The translations under genes were made by a program, and so were the position numbers. A DNA stretch of 64,000 nt from Trueperaceae bacterium (GTDB taxonomy: Bacteria > Deinococcota > Deinococci > Deinococcales > Trueperaceae), in contig JAGQHN010000008.1 of the NCBI GenBank assembly GCA_020431825.1, forward strand, positions 6,167 through 70,166, given 5' to 3'. Each line of letters opens with the position of its first letter. Position 1 is the stretch's first letter. The notes beneath the pieces are model-generated. The model worked only from the letters and a program-made list of their open reading frames with translations. It had not been told where the DNA came from and made no database searches. Of the stretch, positions 9,772 to 19,160 are shown one piece after another.

Positions 9772-10571
9772 GCGGCCCCTTTCATCTCTGCATGGCCCAT
9801 CCGGGCAATATCGTGCATGGTTTTAATCAAGTGTTCAGCCGAGGGTACTTCCGACTTGTCTGAAGTCAAGACAACCTGACCTCGGTCAAGCACAATAAAT
9901 CTTTCAGCAATATCATAAACGTGATAAATATTGTGACCAATAAAGATGATCGAACGACCTTGTGCCCGCACATTTTCAATAAAGCTAAAGACCTTGTTGG
10001 TTTCTGTTAAAGAGAGTGCCGTAGTTGGCTCATCTAAAATGATGAGGTCAGCATCATAATAAAGAGCCCTGGCAATGGCAACACCCTGTCTTTCACCCCC
10101 AGAAAGCGTAGCAACGGGCGATTCCGGATCAAAAACCTTAGAGGTAAAGCCAATCTCGCGCATAAGTCGGTTTGCTTCTTGGTATTGTTTTTTAACATCA
10201 ACAAAACCAAAGCGGTTTTGAATTTCGCGACCCATAAAAATATTACGTGTAATTGACTGCTGTACCGCCAGAGCCCGGTCTTGGTAAACCGTTTCGATAC
10301 CCGAATGACGCGATTTGGCAGAGTCCCAATGGTTTACCTTTTCACCACGCAGATAAATCTCGCCACTATCTGGTTTGTGCACACCTGATAAAACTTTAAT
10401 AAGGGTGGACTTACCTGCGCCATTATCCCCTATGAGACCAACAACTTCACCTCGTTTAATCGCAAGACTTACTCCGTCCACAGCATTAACATTTCCAAAA
10501 GATTTGGTAACGTTTCTTAGTTCAATAATGTACTCACTCAAAATAGATAATCCTTCCTGAAATACCAGCAA
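9768..10571 (-). CDS. sugar ABC transporter ATP-binding protein
   Basis: Walker A GDNGAGKST, signature LSGGERQ, Walker B LIILDEPT. The exact start is uncertain (TTG at 10571 or an internal codon). Confidence 0.85.
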   Translation of the reverse strand: MLVFQEGLSILSEYIIELRNVTKSFGNVNAVDGVSLAIKRGEVVGLIGDNGAGKSTLIKVLSGVHKPDSGEIYLRGEKVNHWDSAKSRHSGIETVYQDRALAVQQSITRNIFMGREIQNRFGFVDVKKQYQEANRLMREIGFTSKVFDPESPVATLSGGERQGVAIARALYYDADLIILDEPTTALSLTETNKVFSFIENVRAQGRSIIFIGHNIYHVYDIAERFIVLDRGQVVLTSDKSEVPSAEHLIKTMHDIARMGHAEMKGAA

Positions 10572-10675
10572 ATCTGAAATACCACCAAATAAAGCAGTCA
10601 GAACTCAGCAAGTGCTAAAACCCACCGAATTCTGACCAGGCATTTAGACGATGCGCCTAAGACTATCAGCGTTGT

Positions 10676-11671
10676 CTAGCGGTAACCTGCGTTAGCCAAA
10701 TCGCGAACTTGCTGATAATTATTAACATCAATAAATCCCGCGCCCGTATCTACATTCATGGGTGCAAGACCAAGCTTGGCAGTTTGACAAATGCTAAGAA
10801 TAGGCAAGTAGCCTTGTAAGAAGGGTTGCTGGTCAGAGGTCAAGTGAATCCAGCCATCTTCAAAACCATTCATAATAAATTCATTGGTATCAAAGCCAAT
10901 TGCTTTGACCTGCCCGGCAGTAAGTCCAGCAGCTTCAAAATACGTTTGGGTGTTGCCAAGAGCCTGGCCACCAGGGAAAACAACCATCTTGACGTCTGGA
11001 TTAGCTGTTAAAGAAGCAACGACGGTAGGAATAGCGAGGTTGGGGTCTGCTGCCCAGGCAGGGTTACCTTCCATATGGATGACCTCAATGCCATCTTCCT
11101 CGAGCCTTTCCCAGACACCAAGTTCACGTTGCGCCCGTTCACGCTGTGCCAAGTTAACTTGAACGATAACCTTATCGCCAGCCGTAAGGCCAAATTGACG
11201 AATCGCTTCTTCACCCAAAGCCCGGCCCTGGGCTGCCAACTGAGCACCAACATAGCCCCCACCATAGGCTGCGCGTACATCGGGCACATCCACATTTTGA
11301 TACATCATAATAATGCCCTTTTCGGCGGCCTCGGCAGCTAAAGGCATAATGGCTTCGGAACCAGGATGACCCATCATGGCAATACCATCAGGCTCTTGAG
11401 CAACGGCTTCACGGAGTTGCTGAGTCATAATTTGCGAATCCCAACCCGAAAAAACATACTCGACATCTGCGCCTAAATCACGAGCGGCAGCTAAGGCCCC
11501 GCGGTGAACGATAGCAGCAAATCCATCGCCTTCTTTACCCCCAGCAAAGAAGCGGATTTTAACCCCTTCGCACCAGCCTTGCTTCTCGAGTTCTGGAATT
11601 TGCGCAAATACTGGCATAGATATTAGAGCAAATAAAAACGCAGCCATGATTATTCCTAGTTTTCTAGACAT
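10676..11671 (-). CDS. sugar ABC transporter substrate-binding protein
   Basis: Signal peptide ending PVFAQ. Periplasmic-binding-protein type I pattern. First gene of the transporter operon. Confidence 0.8.
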   Translation of the reverse strand: MSRKLGIIMAAFLFALISMPVFAQIPELEKQGWCEGVKIRFFAGGKEGDGFAAIVHRGALAAARDLGADVEYVFSGWDSQIMTQQLREAVAQEPDGIAMMGHPGSEAIMPLAAEAAEKGIIMMYQNVDVPDVRAAYGGGYVGAQLAAQGRALGEEAIRQFGLTAGDKVIVQVNLAQRERAQRELGVWERLEEDGIEVIHMEGNPAWAADPNLAIPTVVASLTANPDVKMVVFPGGQALGNTQTYFEAAGLTAGQVKAIGFDTNEFIMNGFEDGWIHLTSDQQPFLQGYLPILSICQTAKLGLAPMNVDTGAGFIDVNNYQQVRDLANAGYR

Positions 11672-11799
11672 ATTTTTCCCTTCCCAAACTATTGAAATGA
11701 ACGAAAAACCTGCTGAATAAAGACAACTCGAGCCTTTAAACCCTTCTGTTCCACCTCCTAAATACAGCTATAGTCAAAAGACTTCTGAGGCAATTGAAG

Positions 11800-11813
11800 T
11801 CGAATCGATTCAA
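11800..11813. promoter_or_regulatory. candidate LacI-family operator TCGAATCGATTCAA
   Basis: 10-bp perfect palindrome GAATCGATTC (11802-11811), extended to 14 bp with one mismatch. Lies in the divergent spacer between the binding-protein gene and the LacI gene. Confidence 0.45.
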
Positions 11814-11885
11814 TGTTAGATTAAGCGAAAGTATAAATTTATCTTGCTTTTCTGTCAATAAGGAAGATGAGGGGTTTTCTAACAA

Positions 11886-12887
11886 GTGGCAACGATTAAA
11901 GATGTAGCAAAACATGCCGGTGTGGCACCCAGCACAGTTTCCTATGCGTTGAGTGGTAAACGGCCCATTTCAATAGCGGTTAAACAGCGCATTGAAAGGG
12001 CTATCAAAGAACTCGGTTTTGTACCCAATGCCCAGGCACATAACCTACGCCTGGGTCTAAGCAGGACTATTGCGATGGTGCATCCACCGTATGAAAATAT
12101 GCTGGAAGGCACAAGCATTGACTTTATAACAGCAGCAGCAGAGGCTCTCGAAGAGACTCATACCTTAAGCCTGTTTCCTTACAGCAAAACCGCAGACAAG
12201 CTGCTTGATGCATTTCGTCAACGTCGCATTGATGGTCTAATACTGATGCATATTGCCCGTCACGATGAAAGAATTGAAATCCTAAAAACCAGTGACTACC
12301 CCTTTGTTTTAATTGGTCGAACCGAACACACAGAAGATCTAAGCCTGGTTGACTTTGACTTTGAAAACGCTGCCTATCTTGCCATCAAACACCTGATTGA
12401 TTTGGGTCATACTCGGATAGGTTATCTAGATTTATCAGTACAAGAACAAGCAGAAGATTTAGGCTACGCCTTTTATATGAAACAAGGCCTAGAGCGTGCG
12501 CAAAGTGACTTCAAAATAGACCTCATCCGACAAGTAGCAGGTCGGCGAAATAGTGAAAGCTATCAAGCAACTCAAAAACTCATTCGGAATGAAAAAAATA
12601 TAACGGCTATTGTCGCACTTTTGGGAGCAACTTATCTTGGCATTTTGCGTGCTTTACATGATAGTAAGAAGCGCATTCCACAGGACTGTTCCTTAATTTG
12701 CCTGGGTTCTGCAGCGGCAGCGCGCTGGACGATACCCAGCATTACCACGCTGGATAATCAACTTGCTGAACTGGGCAAGGTTGCTGCTGAGCTTTTGCTC
12801 GAGCGTTTAGCTGGCAGTACAGAAATAAAACAAATCCTTTTGCCCGCTCAACTGGTCATACGCGAAAGTACAGCAGCCAGAAGCTAA
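11886..12887 (+). CDS. LacI family transcriptional regulator
   Basis: N-terminal HTH TIKDVAKHAGVAPSTVSYALSG followed by a periplasmic-binding-like effector domain. GTG start. Confidence 0.85.
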   Translation: MATIKDVAKHAGVAPSTVSYALSGKRPISIAVKQRIERAIKELGFVPNAQAHNLRLGLSRTIAMVHPPYENMLEGTSIDFITAAAEALEETHTLSLFPYSKTADKLLDAFRQRRIDGLILMHIARHDERIEILKTSDYPFVLIGRTEHTEDLSLVDFDFENAAYLAIKHLIDLGHTRIGYLDLSVQEQAEDLGYAFYMKQGLERAQSDFKIDLIRQVAGRRNSESYQATQKLIRNEKNITAIVALLGATYLGILRALHDSKKRIPQDCSLICLGSAAAARWTIPSITTLDNQLAELGKVAAELLLERLAGSTEIKQILLPAQLVIRESTAARS

Positions 12888-13750
12888 ACTTTCTTTCTTA
12901 AGTGCCGATACTCTCCTGGAGTTAAACCCACAAACTTTTTAAACACCGTAGCAAAATACTGACTGCTGGAAAAACCTAGCTCGAGCGCAATGCCAGTAAT
13001 GCTTGTATCTGAGTTACGCAGCCTTTGCTTGGCAATAAAAAGTCGCTGACGCACATGATAATCAGCCGGACTTAAGCCCACTTCCTGATGAAAAACCTTA
13101 TAAAACTGAGCCACACTCATAGCTGCAAGTTCCGCCAGGGTTTCACTATGCGCATCTTCGGCAAGATGCTTGTCCATCCAGCCAAGTACTCTTTTAATCC
13201 CTGGCGAATACTCGAGCCGAGTCTGTGCCAGATAATCTCGAGCACTTGTAATCAAGATTTGCTGAAAGATTGCTCTGGCGCAACTTTCTGCCAGTAAGCC
13301 CGGCTGCCGCTGTTCATTTAGCAACTGCTCAAAAAGCTGCTCTACCTGGCTCGAGGCCGCAAAGTAGCGCCGCTCCATACCCTCATAGATGCTTTTGAGT
13401 TCTGTCACGACCTCTTCACGCAAGCCAGGCAAGTCCCCATCAGGTGGAAAGAAAAACTGCAACCAATACATTTCACAGGGTTGCACCATACCGCTATTGC
13501 CTCCATGCCACTCACCCGGTTTATTGATAAAGAGGCTTTTGGGACCAGCTTCATAAAGCTGACCGTTTATCCACCACTCAACACTGCCCCTATCAATAAA
13601 GCAAATTTCAAAGGCTCGGCTCTCGCTGGGTCTTGGTCCTCCAGGAGTACCCTGACTAAAGGTACGCCAGCCAAGACCCGGTAATTCGGGCAAGAGCGTT
13701 TTAGGATAGTACGTTTCAATAGTATCGGCAGCCAGCAAAGAACGCTTCAT
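12884..13750 (-). CDS. AraC family transcriptional regulator (cupin N-domain)
   Basis: C-terminal double HTH (ITGIALELGFSSSQYFATVFKKFVGLTPGEYR). Confidence 0.85.
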   Translation of the reverse strand: MKRSLLAADTIETYYPKTLLPELPGLGWRTFSQGTPGGPRPSESRAFEICFIDRGSVEWWINGQLYEAGPKSLFINKPGEWHGGNSGMVQPCEMYWLQFFFPPDGDLPGLREEVVTELKSIYEGMERRYFAASSQVEQLFEQLLNEQRQPGLLAESCARAIFQQILITSARDYLAQTRLEYSPGIKRVLGWMDKHLAEDAHSETLAELAAMSVAQFYKVFHQEVGLSPADYHVRQRLFIAKQRLRNSDTSITGIALELGFSSSQYFATVFKKFVGLTPGEYRHLRKKV

Positions 13751-13752
13751 AG

Positions 13753-14763
13753 CTAATTTTGGAAAAAGTCAAGCAAAGTCTCTGCAAAACGGTAATTTGC
13801 CTCTTTGGTACGCCCAGCCATATGCGGCGTATGCAGCACATTGTGCCGACCTATAAGAGGATCATCCAGGGGCAAAGGTTCCACATCAAAGACATCCGCG
13901 GCAAGACTCACTTCATCCTTTAAAACCCGTTCTCTTAGTGCTGTAAAATCAGTAATAAGCGCTCTGGTCACCAGCACCACCAGACAACCCTCAGGTAAAC
14001 ACTGAATGTGTTCTCTTGTCACTAGCCCCCTTGTGGTTTCAGTCAAAGGTAACATCGGCACAAAAATCTCGGCGTCATCTAAGAGTTGTTCCAAATAGCG
14101 CACGCGCCTCGAGCCACTGCGGTGAAAACTGGCTTCGGGTGCATAGGGGTCCCAGGTTGCCACGTCTGCCCCTAAAAAATGAGCAAAACTGGCAAAGCGA
14201 CTGCCGATATTCCCGGCACCTACAATGCGCACTCGTTTGCCCCCTAAGGTACCACTGGTGAACTGAGTGGTATCGCAAAACTGCACACCCCGTTTCTCGG
14301 GCTGTCCTACTCCATCTTCGGGCTCATAGTCCCAGGGTTTTAAAGACGTCATCATACTTCTATAAGCCTGAGGAATCTGACGAAGCGCTGAAAGAGTTAA
14401 GGCCAGCGCAAACTCAGCCACCGACTGACCCCAGTAACCTTCGCTATCGTGTTTGTAAACCCTCACGTTTCTTGCTGCCAGAAAATCAAGACAGTTCTGA
14501 GCTGCCTGCTGGCCGTAAGGGTCGGTATAAATAACGGCTTCTTTTAGCGAGCTAAAAGGCTCGAGACTTTGCTCTGTCACAGGTGCCATGAGCGAAATGA
14601 GCGCTTCAACGTTCTCTGGCTGCTCGAGTAACTGTTCGATTGACTTTGTTTCGTTTGGCTCGAGCCTCAGCAACTTGGCGTTCCAGAGCTTTGCCAGATG
14701 ATTGGCCACAAAGGGCCAGGTTCCTTCAAAACTTGGATGAACAAGAATCAGGTTTTTATACAT
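13753..14763 (-). CDS. D-isomer-specific 2-hydroxyacid dehydrogenase family protein
   Basis: NAD-binding motif VRIVGAGNIGSRFA and C-terminal HTPHMAGRT. Confidence 0.8.
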   Translation of the reverse strand: MYKNLILVHPSFEGTWPFVANHLAKLWNAKLLRLEPNETKSIEQLLEQPENVEALISLMAPVTEQSLEPFSSLKEAVIYTDPYGQQAAQNCLDFLAARNVRVYKHDSEGYWGQSVAEFALALTLSALRQIPQAYRSMMTSLKPWDYEPEDGVGQPEKRGVQFCDTTQFTSGTLGGKRVRIVGAGNIGSRFASFAHFLGADVATWDPYAPEASFHRSGSRRVRYLEQLLDDAEIFVPMLPLTETTRGLVTREHIQCLPEGCLVVLVTRALITDFTALRERVLKDEVSLAADVFDVEPLPLDDPLIGRHNVLHTPHMAGRTKEANYRFAETLLDFFQN

Positions 14764-14929
14764 GCCATCAGTCCCATCTGCTTATAGGGCAAATCGTCTA
14801 ACTGTTTGATATCCTCTAGCATATTTTTAAACGACAGCACCTCAATTTTCGCCTATACTTTTAGTCTATCAATAGATTGAGGAAAAAAGTCCGGCTTTTG
14901 AAGCCATGCTTTGCAAAAGGAGTATATAT

Positions 14930-15925
14930 ATGGCAGTTACCCTAGACCCACAGCTCGAGGCCCTGCAAAAAGGTGGCCCAAGCTTTATTAGCGAGCCTAC
15001 TCTCAAGAATGGCAGCATCAAAGCGTTTTACGAAGAAAATGGCTATTTTGTCTTGCCGGAGGCTCTTTCCAAAACCGAGCTACAAGAACTCAATGACGAA
15101 GCCCTGCGCATTTGTAAAGGTGAACGCGGCATCTTCGATGGCCTCCTGGACTTTTCCGAAGAAGATAGCGATGATGATATCCTGAGCCGCTATCTTTGCA
15201 TTCACTTCCCGCACAAGATGTCAGACATTATGACCAAGTACTTGGCAACGTCCAAGATGGTCGATGTTTTAACGCAGGTGATTGGACCCGATGTTAAGTG
15301 TATGCAGTCGATGCTTTTTATCAAATCAAAAGGCAAACCAGGGCAAGCCTGGCATCAGGATGAAGATTTTATACCGACCCGTGACCGCTCACTGACAGGT
15401 GGCTGGATTGCCCTGGATGACGCCACCATAGAAAATGGCTGTCTGTGGGTCATTCCTGGTTCGCATAAACATGGGGTTCTATGGCCTTTAGAAGCGCAGG
15501 AAGATGACCGTTTTGACTGCACCGATGAATCGCAGGGCTTTCCTTACACCGATGCCGACGCTATACCCGTAGAAGTCAAGGCTGGCTCGATCGTTTTCTT
15601 TAATGGCTATACGCTGCACCGCTCATTCCCTAACCGCGCCCAGAGTGGCTACCGCCGTGTACTGGTCAATCACTATATGAGCGCCTCATCCCTCTTACCC
15701 TGGCGACTGCCTGAACCCAATGAATATATGGCGATAGCTGACTACCGCGACATCGTTATGATTGCGGGCAAAGACCCTTACTTCTGGAAAACCACACAGG
15801 ACATTGCCAAACCTATGGTCAGACCCACAGGTGAAGGCGGCTGCGAAAAATGGGGCTCGAGGGCTCGCAAAAAAGCTGCTGAGGAAGCCGCCAAAGCCAG
15901 TAACAGTGATACCGTAATGGGATGA
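14930..15925 (+). CDS. phytanoyl-CoA dioxygenase (PhyH) family Fe(II)/2-oxoglutarate oxygenase
   Basis: WHQDEDF iron-binding HxD motif and TLHRSFPN. AAGGAG ribosome-binding site precedes the ATG at 14930; the ORF-track start at 14906 is probably too long. Confidence 0.75.
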   Translation: MAVTLDPQLEALQKGGPSFISEPTLKNGSIKAFYEENGYFVLPEALSKTELQELNDEALRICKGERGIFDGLLDFSEEDSDDDILSRYLCIHFPHKMSDIMTKYLATSKMVDVLTQVIGPDVKCMQSMLFIKSKGKPGQAWHQDEDFIPTRDRSLTGGWIALDDATIENGCLWVIPGSHKHGVLWPLEAQEDDRFDCTDESQGFPYTDADAIPVEVKAGSIVFFNGYTLHRSFPNRAQSGYRRVLVNHYMSASSLLPWRLPEPNEYMAIADYRDIVMIAGKDPYFWKTTQDIAKPMVRPTGEGGCEKWGSRARKKAAEEAAKASNSDTVMG

Positions 15926-16746
15926 AAAAACTCACGGTCAAAGATATCTTTGAGCTAAAAGGCAAACGACAAGTCACTGAGGTCTATGTCAGTACTCCGA
16001 CTGAAGCCAGCGCCGCTGAAGCCGCTGGTATTGACATGATTATCACGTCCGAGCGCAATGACGTTAAAGCCTTTCGCGAGGCGGCGCCCCATACCTTTTT
16101 CACAGTAGGCTTTATCAACAGCGGTGATTATGTGAATGGCGATGCCTGCATTCGCAATGCCTTTAAGGCGCTCAATATCGGCGCTGATGCGGTTTATGCT
16201 GGTGTGAGCTTAAAGTCGGTTGAGGCCATGGCAAATGAAGGCATTCCTGTGGTGGGGCATGTCGGCTTTATCCCGTATAAAAGCACCTGGTTTGGGGGGT
16301 TTAAAGCCGTTGGCAAAACCACCGATAGTGCCCTGAAGGTTTATCAGCGCACACTGGCTTACCAGGAGGCAGGAGCCATTGGGGTAGAGATGGAAATTGT
16401 ACCCCATAGGATTGCCGCTGAAATTTCAAAACGCGTGAAAATTTTGGTGCTGTCAATGGGGAGCGGTACGGGTTGCGACGGACAGTATCTGTTTGCTACC
16501 GATATTTTAGGCACCAATACCGGACACGTCCCACGTCATGCTAAGGTTTACCGAAATCTGGCTGCTGAATACGAACGTCTTCATAAGGAAACAATCGCTG
16601 CTTTTAAGGATTTTAAAGCCGATGTTGCCACTGGAGGCTATCCTGAAGCCGGGCACATGGTTGACATTAAAAATGACGAGTATCAGAAATTTATGGAAAT
16701 GCTCGAGCAAATACCCAGCCAGGGAGACATTAAGGAGTTTTTGTAA
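15922..16746 (+). CDS. 3-methyl-2-oxobutanoate hydroxymethyltransferase (PanB)-like protein
   Basis: N-terminus KKLTVKDIFELKGKRQ and overall PanB/PEP-mutase-superfamily pattern. Start overlaps the upstream stop codon (ATGA). Confidence 0.6.
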   Translation: MKKLTVKDIFELKGKRQVTEVYVSTPTEASAAEAAGIDMIITSERNDVKAFREAAPHTFFTVGFINSGDYVNGDACIRNAFKALNIGADAVYAGVSLKSVEAMANEGIPVVGHVGFIPYKSTWFGGFKAVGKTTDSALKVYQRTLAYQEAGAIGVEMEIVPHRIAAEISKRVKILVLSMGSGTGCDGQYLFATDILGTNTGHVPRHAKVYRNLAAEYERLHKETIAAFKDFKADVATGGYPEAGHMVDIKNDEYQKFMEMLEQIPSQGDIKEFL

Positions 16747-16756
16747 GCTTTCTAAG

Positions 16757-16783
16757 GTAGTGGTATAGGATAGACAGATAGGG
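16757..16783 (+). repeat. diverged copy of the GGTGGTAT...GACAGAT motif
   Basis: GTAGTGGTATAGGATAGACAGATAGGG. GTGGTAT and GACAGAT are shared with the inverted copy at 16842-16871. Confidence 0.5.
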
Positions 16784-16841
16784 TTAGCAAATTAGTGAAA
16801 AAAATTCTGTTGTGGAACGGATTTCAACTACAAAAGTAGTC

Positions 16842-16871
16842 GGGCCATCTGTCAGGATGATACCACCACCC
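16842..16871 (-). repeat. conserved motif copy GGGTGGTGGTATCATCCTGACAGATGGCCC
   Basis: Shares the 14-nt core GTATCATCCTGACA with the copies at 32792-32816 and 35480-35504. Confidence 0.7.
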
Positions 16872-16874
16872 TTT

Positions 16875-17444
16875 TTAAAAGTTAGACAAACTTTTTATAA
16901 AACCCTGCACATGCTTGTCAAAGCTTTCTTCACTGTTTATAGGCATGGCAAAACCTTCGTTGAGCTCGAGCATAATAAAGCCTGCCAAATTAGCCCGCAA
17001 ACTACGTGTAGCATGAAGCGCCTGCTCACCTTCAAGACCAAAGCCCTTTAAGATGCTTAAGATAAGCTCGAGGATTTCATAACCTTCTTTCTTGATTTCT
17101 CCTTGCTTATCTTCAACATTTCTTAGGGTCGCCTGAAAAAGCCCCGGGTTGTTCAGGGCAAAGCGTCTGTAGGCATGGGCAAATCCTTGAAGTGCCTCTT
17201 GCTGTGTTTTGGCAACCGTTGCCTTTAGCAAATCTTGCTTTAGTAAGCTGATGGCTTTTAAAGTAAGCTGGTCTTTCAGAGCATCTAAACTGGCAATATG
17301 ATTATAGAGCGATGGCGGCTTGACCTTGAGGCGCTGCGCCAGTTTGCCAAGGCTTAGTTGCTCGAGCCCATGCTCATTTATAAACAGGCTGGCGTTTTCG
17401 ATGATGTCCACTTGACTTAAGCCTGCTCTAGGCATGCTTACCAA
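16875..17444 (-). CDS. TetR/AcrR family transcriptional regulator
   Basis: N-terminal HTH (LSLGKLAQRLKVKPPSLYNHI). Overlaps the upstream DUF4260 gene. Confidence 0.85.
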   Translation of the reverse strand: MVSMPRAGLSQVDIIENASLFINEHGLEQLSLGKLAQRLKVKPPSLYNHIASLDALKDQLTLKAISLLKQDLLKATVAKTQQEALQGFAHAYRRFALNNPGLFQATLRNVEDKQGEIKKEGYEILELILSILKGFGLEGEQALHATRSLRANLAGFIMLELNEGFAMPINSEESFDKHVQGFIKSLSNF

Positions 17445-17799
17445 GTTTTCCCAGATGAGTGTAGGCGAATCCTTCAGAGCTTTTTAGCCCATACCCCAGC
17501 GTGCGGTCAAGCCCAATATGAGCAAACCAGATCAGGGCAATGCCAGTCATAAGAGGCGAAGCTACAAGCAAAGCTACAGTTAGCAAAAGAGCTGGACTAA
17601 TATAACTATGAAACAGATTGTAAACGAGCGCCCCAAACTTTGGTCCCTGCAAATAACCAAGCATGCCCACATCAAAACTAAACAGCAAGAGCGCAAAAAG
17701 CCACCAGCTAAGACCCGTCTGAAAATAAACATAACTACTTAAAGCCAGAATAACGAAACCTTCTAAACGAAGCCATTGGGTACTTGAACTATAGGTCAT
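17428..17799 (-). CDS. DUF4260-like small membrane protein
   Basis: 123 aa with about 4 TM segments. Family assignment is from memory. Confidence 0.6.
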   Translation of the reverse strand: MTYSSSTQWLRLEGFVILALSSYVYFQTGLSWWLFALLLFSFDVGMLGYLQGPKFGALVYNLFHSYISPALLLTVALLVASPLMTGIALIWFAHIGLDRTLGYGLKSSEGFAYTHLGKLGKHA

Positions 17800-17812
17800 T
17801 GCTTTCTCCTTT

Positions 17813-17848
17813 ACTAATACTATTAGTTTATAAACTAATAGTATTAGT
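17813..17848. promoter_or_regulatory. 36-bp perfect palindrome made of two 15-bp palindromes (ACTAATAnTATTAGT); candidate TetR operator
   Basis: ACTAATACTATTAGT-TTATAA-ACTAATAGTATTAGT lies 14 nt upstream of the start of the DUF4260-TetR operon. Confidence 0.65.
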
Positions 17849-17890
17849 TTTTCTGCGACCTGTCAAGCATGGCCTAGAGTAAGGTAGCGT

Positions 17891-19072
17891 TTAGCTAGGT
17901 TCTGCCGTCGTTTTAAAGTCTGACGCTGCAGTCTGCAAGGCAGGATTACTGAGCGACAGGGTTATGACCAGTGCTGGAATAAGCAAAAGCCCCAAAACTG
18001 TTAAGGTTGGTACCACACCAAATCTCTCAACAAGCGGGCCAATAATGCCGTAGAGTAAACCAGCAAAGCCCCAGGTAAAGCCCATAAGCAGACCCGAGAC
18101 AGTTGCGATCTGCTTGGGTTCATATTCTTGTGCCATCGCTACTGCAACCGGAATACCGGCATTCATAAGGGCACCTGCCAGGGCTAAAAGGGGTATATAC
18201 AACCACGACTCAGGTCGAAACAGCATAAGGGCAGCGTAAATGGGTAAAGACCCCACCATGGTCATAACCAGAACTCGCTTACGCCCAACGCGATCCGATA
18301 AGGTGCCTCCAATAAAGGTGCCTGCAACGGCTGCAAAACTATAGATACTCAAGGTTATTGCCATCTGTGCGTCAGATATACCGCGCTGAGCAAACCAGAA
18401 GGGAATAGTGGTAGAAAAGCTCATAAAGGTAACGTTTCGCAGGGTAGAAATCGCCCAGAGTTTGGCAACTTCGCCGCGAAAAACTCTGGCCAAATCACGA
18501 AAGCTCGAGGGCTTAGCATCTATGTTAATGGGCGGTGCCTGCCGCATAAGCAAAAAGGCTGCCACCGCGCCTAAAGGCGTAAGCAATGCCAGCCCTTTAA
18601 GCCCCACCCCATTTTCCATACCTACCGCCACCATCGGCGCCATGGCAATACCAAACATACCCGATGAGGCAAAAAAGCTCAGCCAGAAGCCCTTTTTGCC
18701 AGCAGGGGCGTACTGACCTGCCAGCGCTGCCCCCGAAGAGTGAAAAAGGGCCGAACCCAAACCTGCTACGGACAGTGAAATAGCCATAACGATTAGATTT
18801 GGATAAAAACCCAGAAAGCCAAAACCCAGCACCACCAGAAGAGGCCCAATCGCTGCCAGCAAACGCCGGTCATAGCGGTCAGCAATAAGACCAGCAACGG
18901 GCTGCAAAAGACTACTCGAGAACGAGTAAATCGCCACAACCAGCGAAACTGCCGCATAACTCACGCCAAATCTACCCTGCAAACTGGGCAAAAGGGGCGC
19001 TAAGAAAGAGCTAAACATGTCGTTACAGATATGTAAAAAAGAAATTATTAAAGGCAGCACGAGCATGAGCAT
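17891..19072 (-). CDS. MFS transporter
   Basis: 393 aa with about 12 TM segments and an MFS loop motif (ADRYDRR, SDRVGRKR). Confidence 0.85.
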   Translation of the reverse strand: MLMLVLPLIISFLHICNDMFSSFLAPLLPSLQGRFGVSYAAVSLVVAIYSFSSSLLQPVAGLIADRYDRRLLAAIGPLLVVLGFGFLGFYPNLIVMAISLSVAGLGSALFHSSGAALAGQYAPAGKKGFWLSFFASSGMFGIAMAPMVAVGMENGVGLKGLALLTPLGAVAAFLLMRQAPPINIDAKPSSFRDLARVFRGEVAKLWAISTLRNVTFMSFSTTIPFWFAQRGISDAQMAITLSIYSFAAVAGTFIGGTLSDRVGRKRVLVMTMVGSLPIYAALMLFRPESWLYIPLLALAGALMNAGIPVAVAMAQEYEPKQIATVSGLLMGFTWGFAGLLYGIIGPLVERFGVVPTLTVLGLLLIPALVITLSLSNPALQTAASDFKTTAEPS

Positions 19073-19099
19073 ACGTTTTTTGGCTTTAACGGAATGACA

Positions 19100-19136
19100 A
19101 AAGGGCTACTAAGATCATGATTTTTGGTAGCCCTTT
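19100..19136 (-). terminator. hairpin terminator downstream of the 19161-19676 gene
   Basis: 10-bp perfect stem AAAGGGCTAC/GTAGCCCTTT, followed on the minus strand by UUUGUCAUU. Confidence 0.5.
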
Positions 19137-19160
19137 CGCTAAAAACCAATCTTTTTGGTC

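Noticed and set aside
10572-10600. Direct repeat TGGTATTTCAG (two copies, minus strand) resembling the GGTGGTAT motif
   Set aside because: It shares only GGTGGTAT with the conserved motif and lacks the CATCCTGACA part. It overlaps the uncertain start region of the ABC ATPase gene, so the evidence is too weak to group it with the three clear loci.
16812-17051. 79-aa plus-strand ORF spanning the spacer and the 3' end of the TetR gene
   Set aside because: It overlaps the well-supported TetR gene in antisense and the motif-bearing spacer. It has no ribosome-binding site and no recognisable motif.
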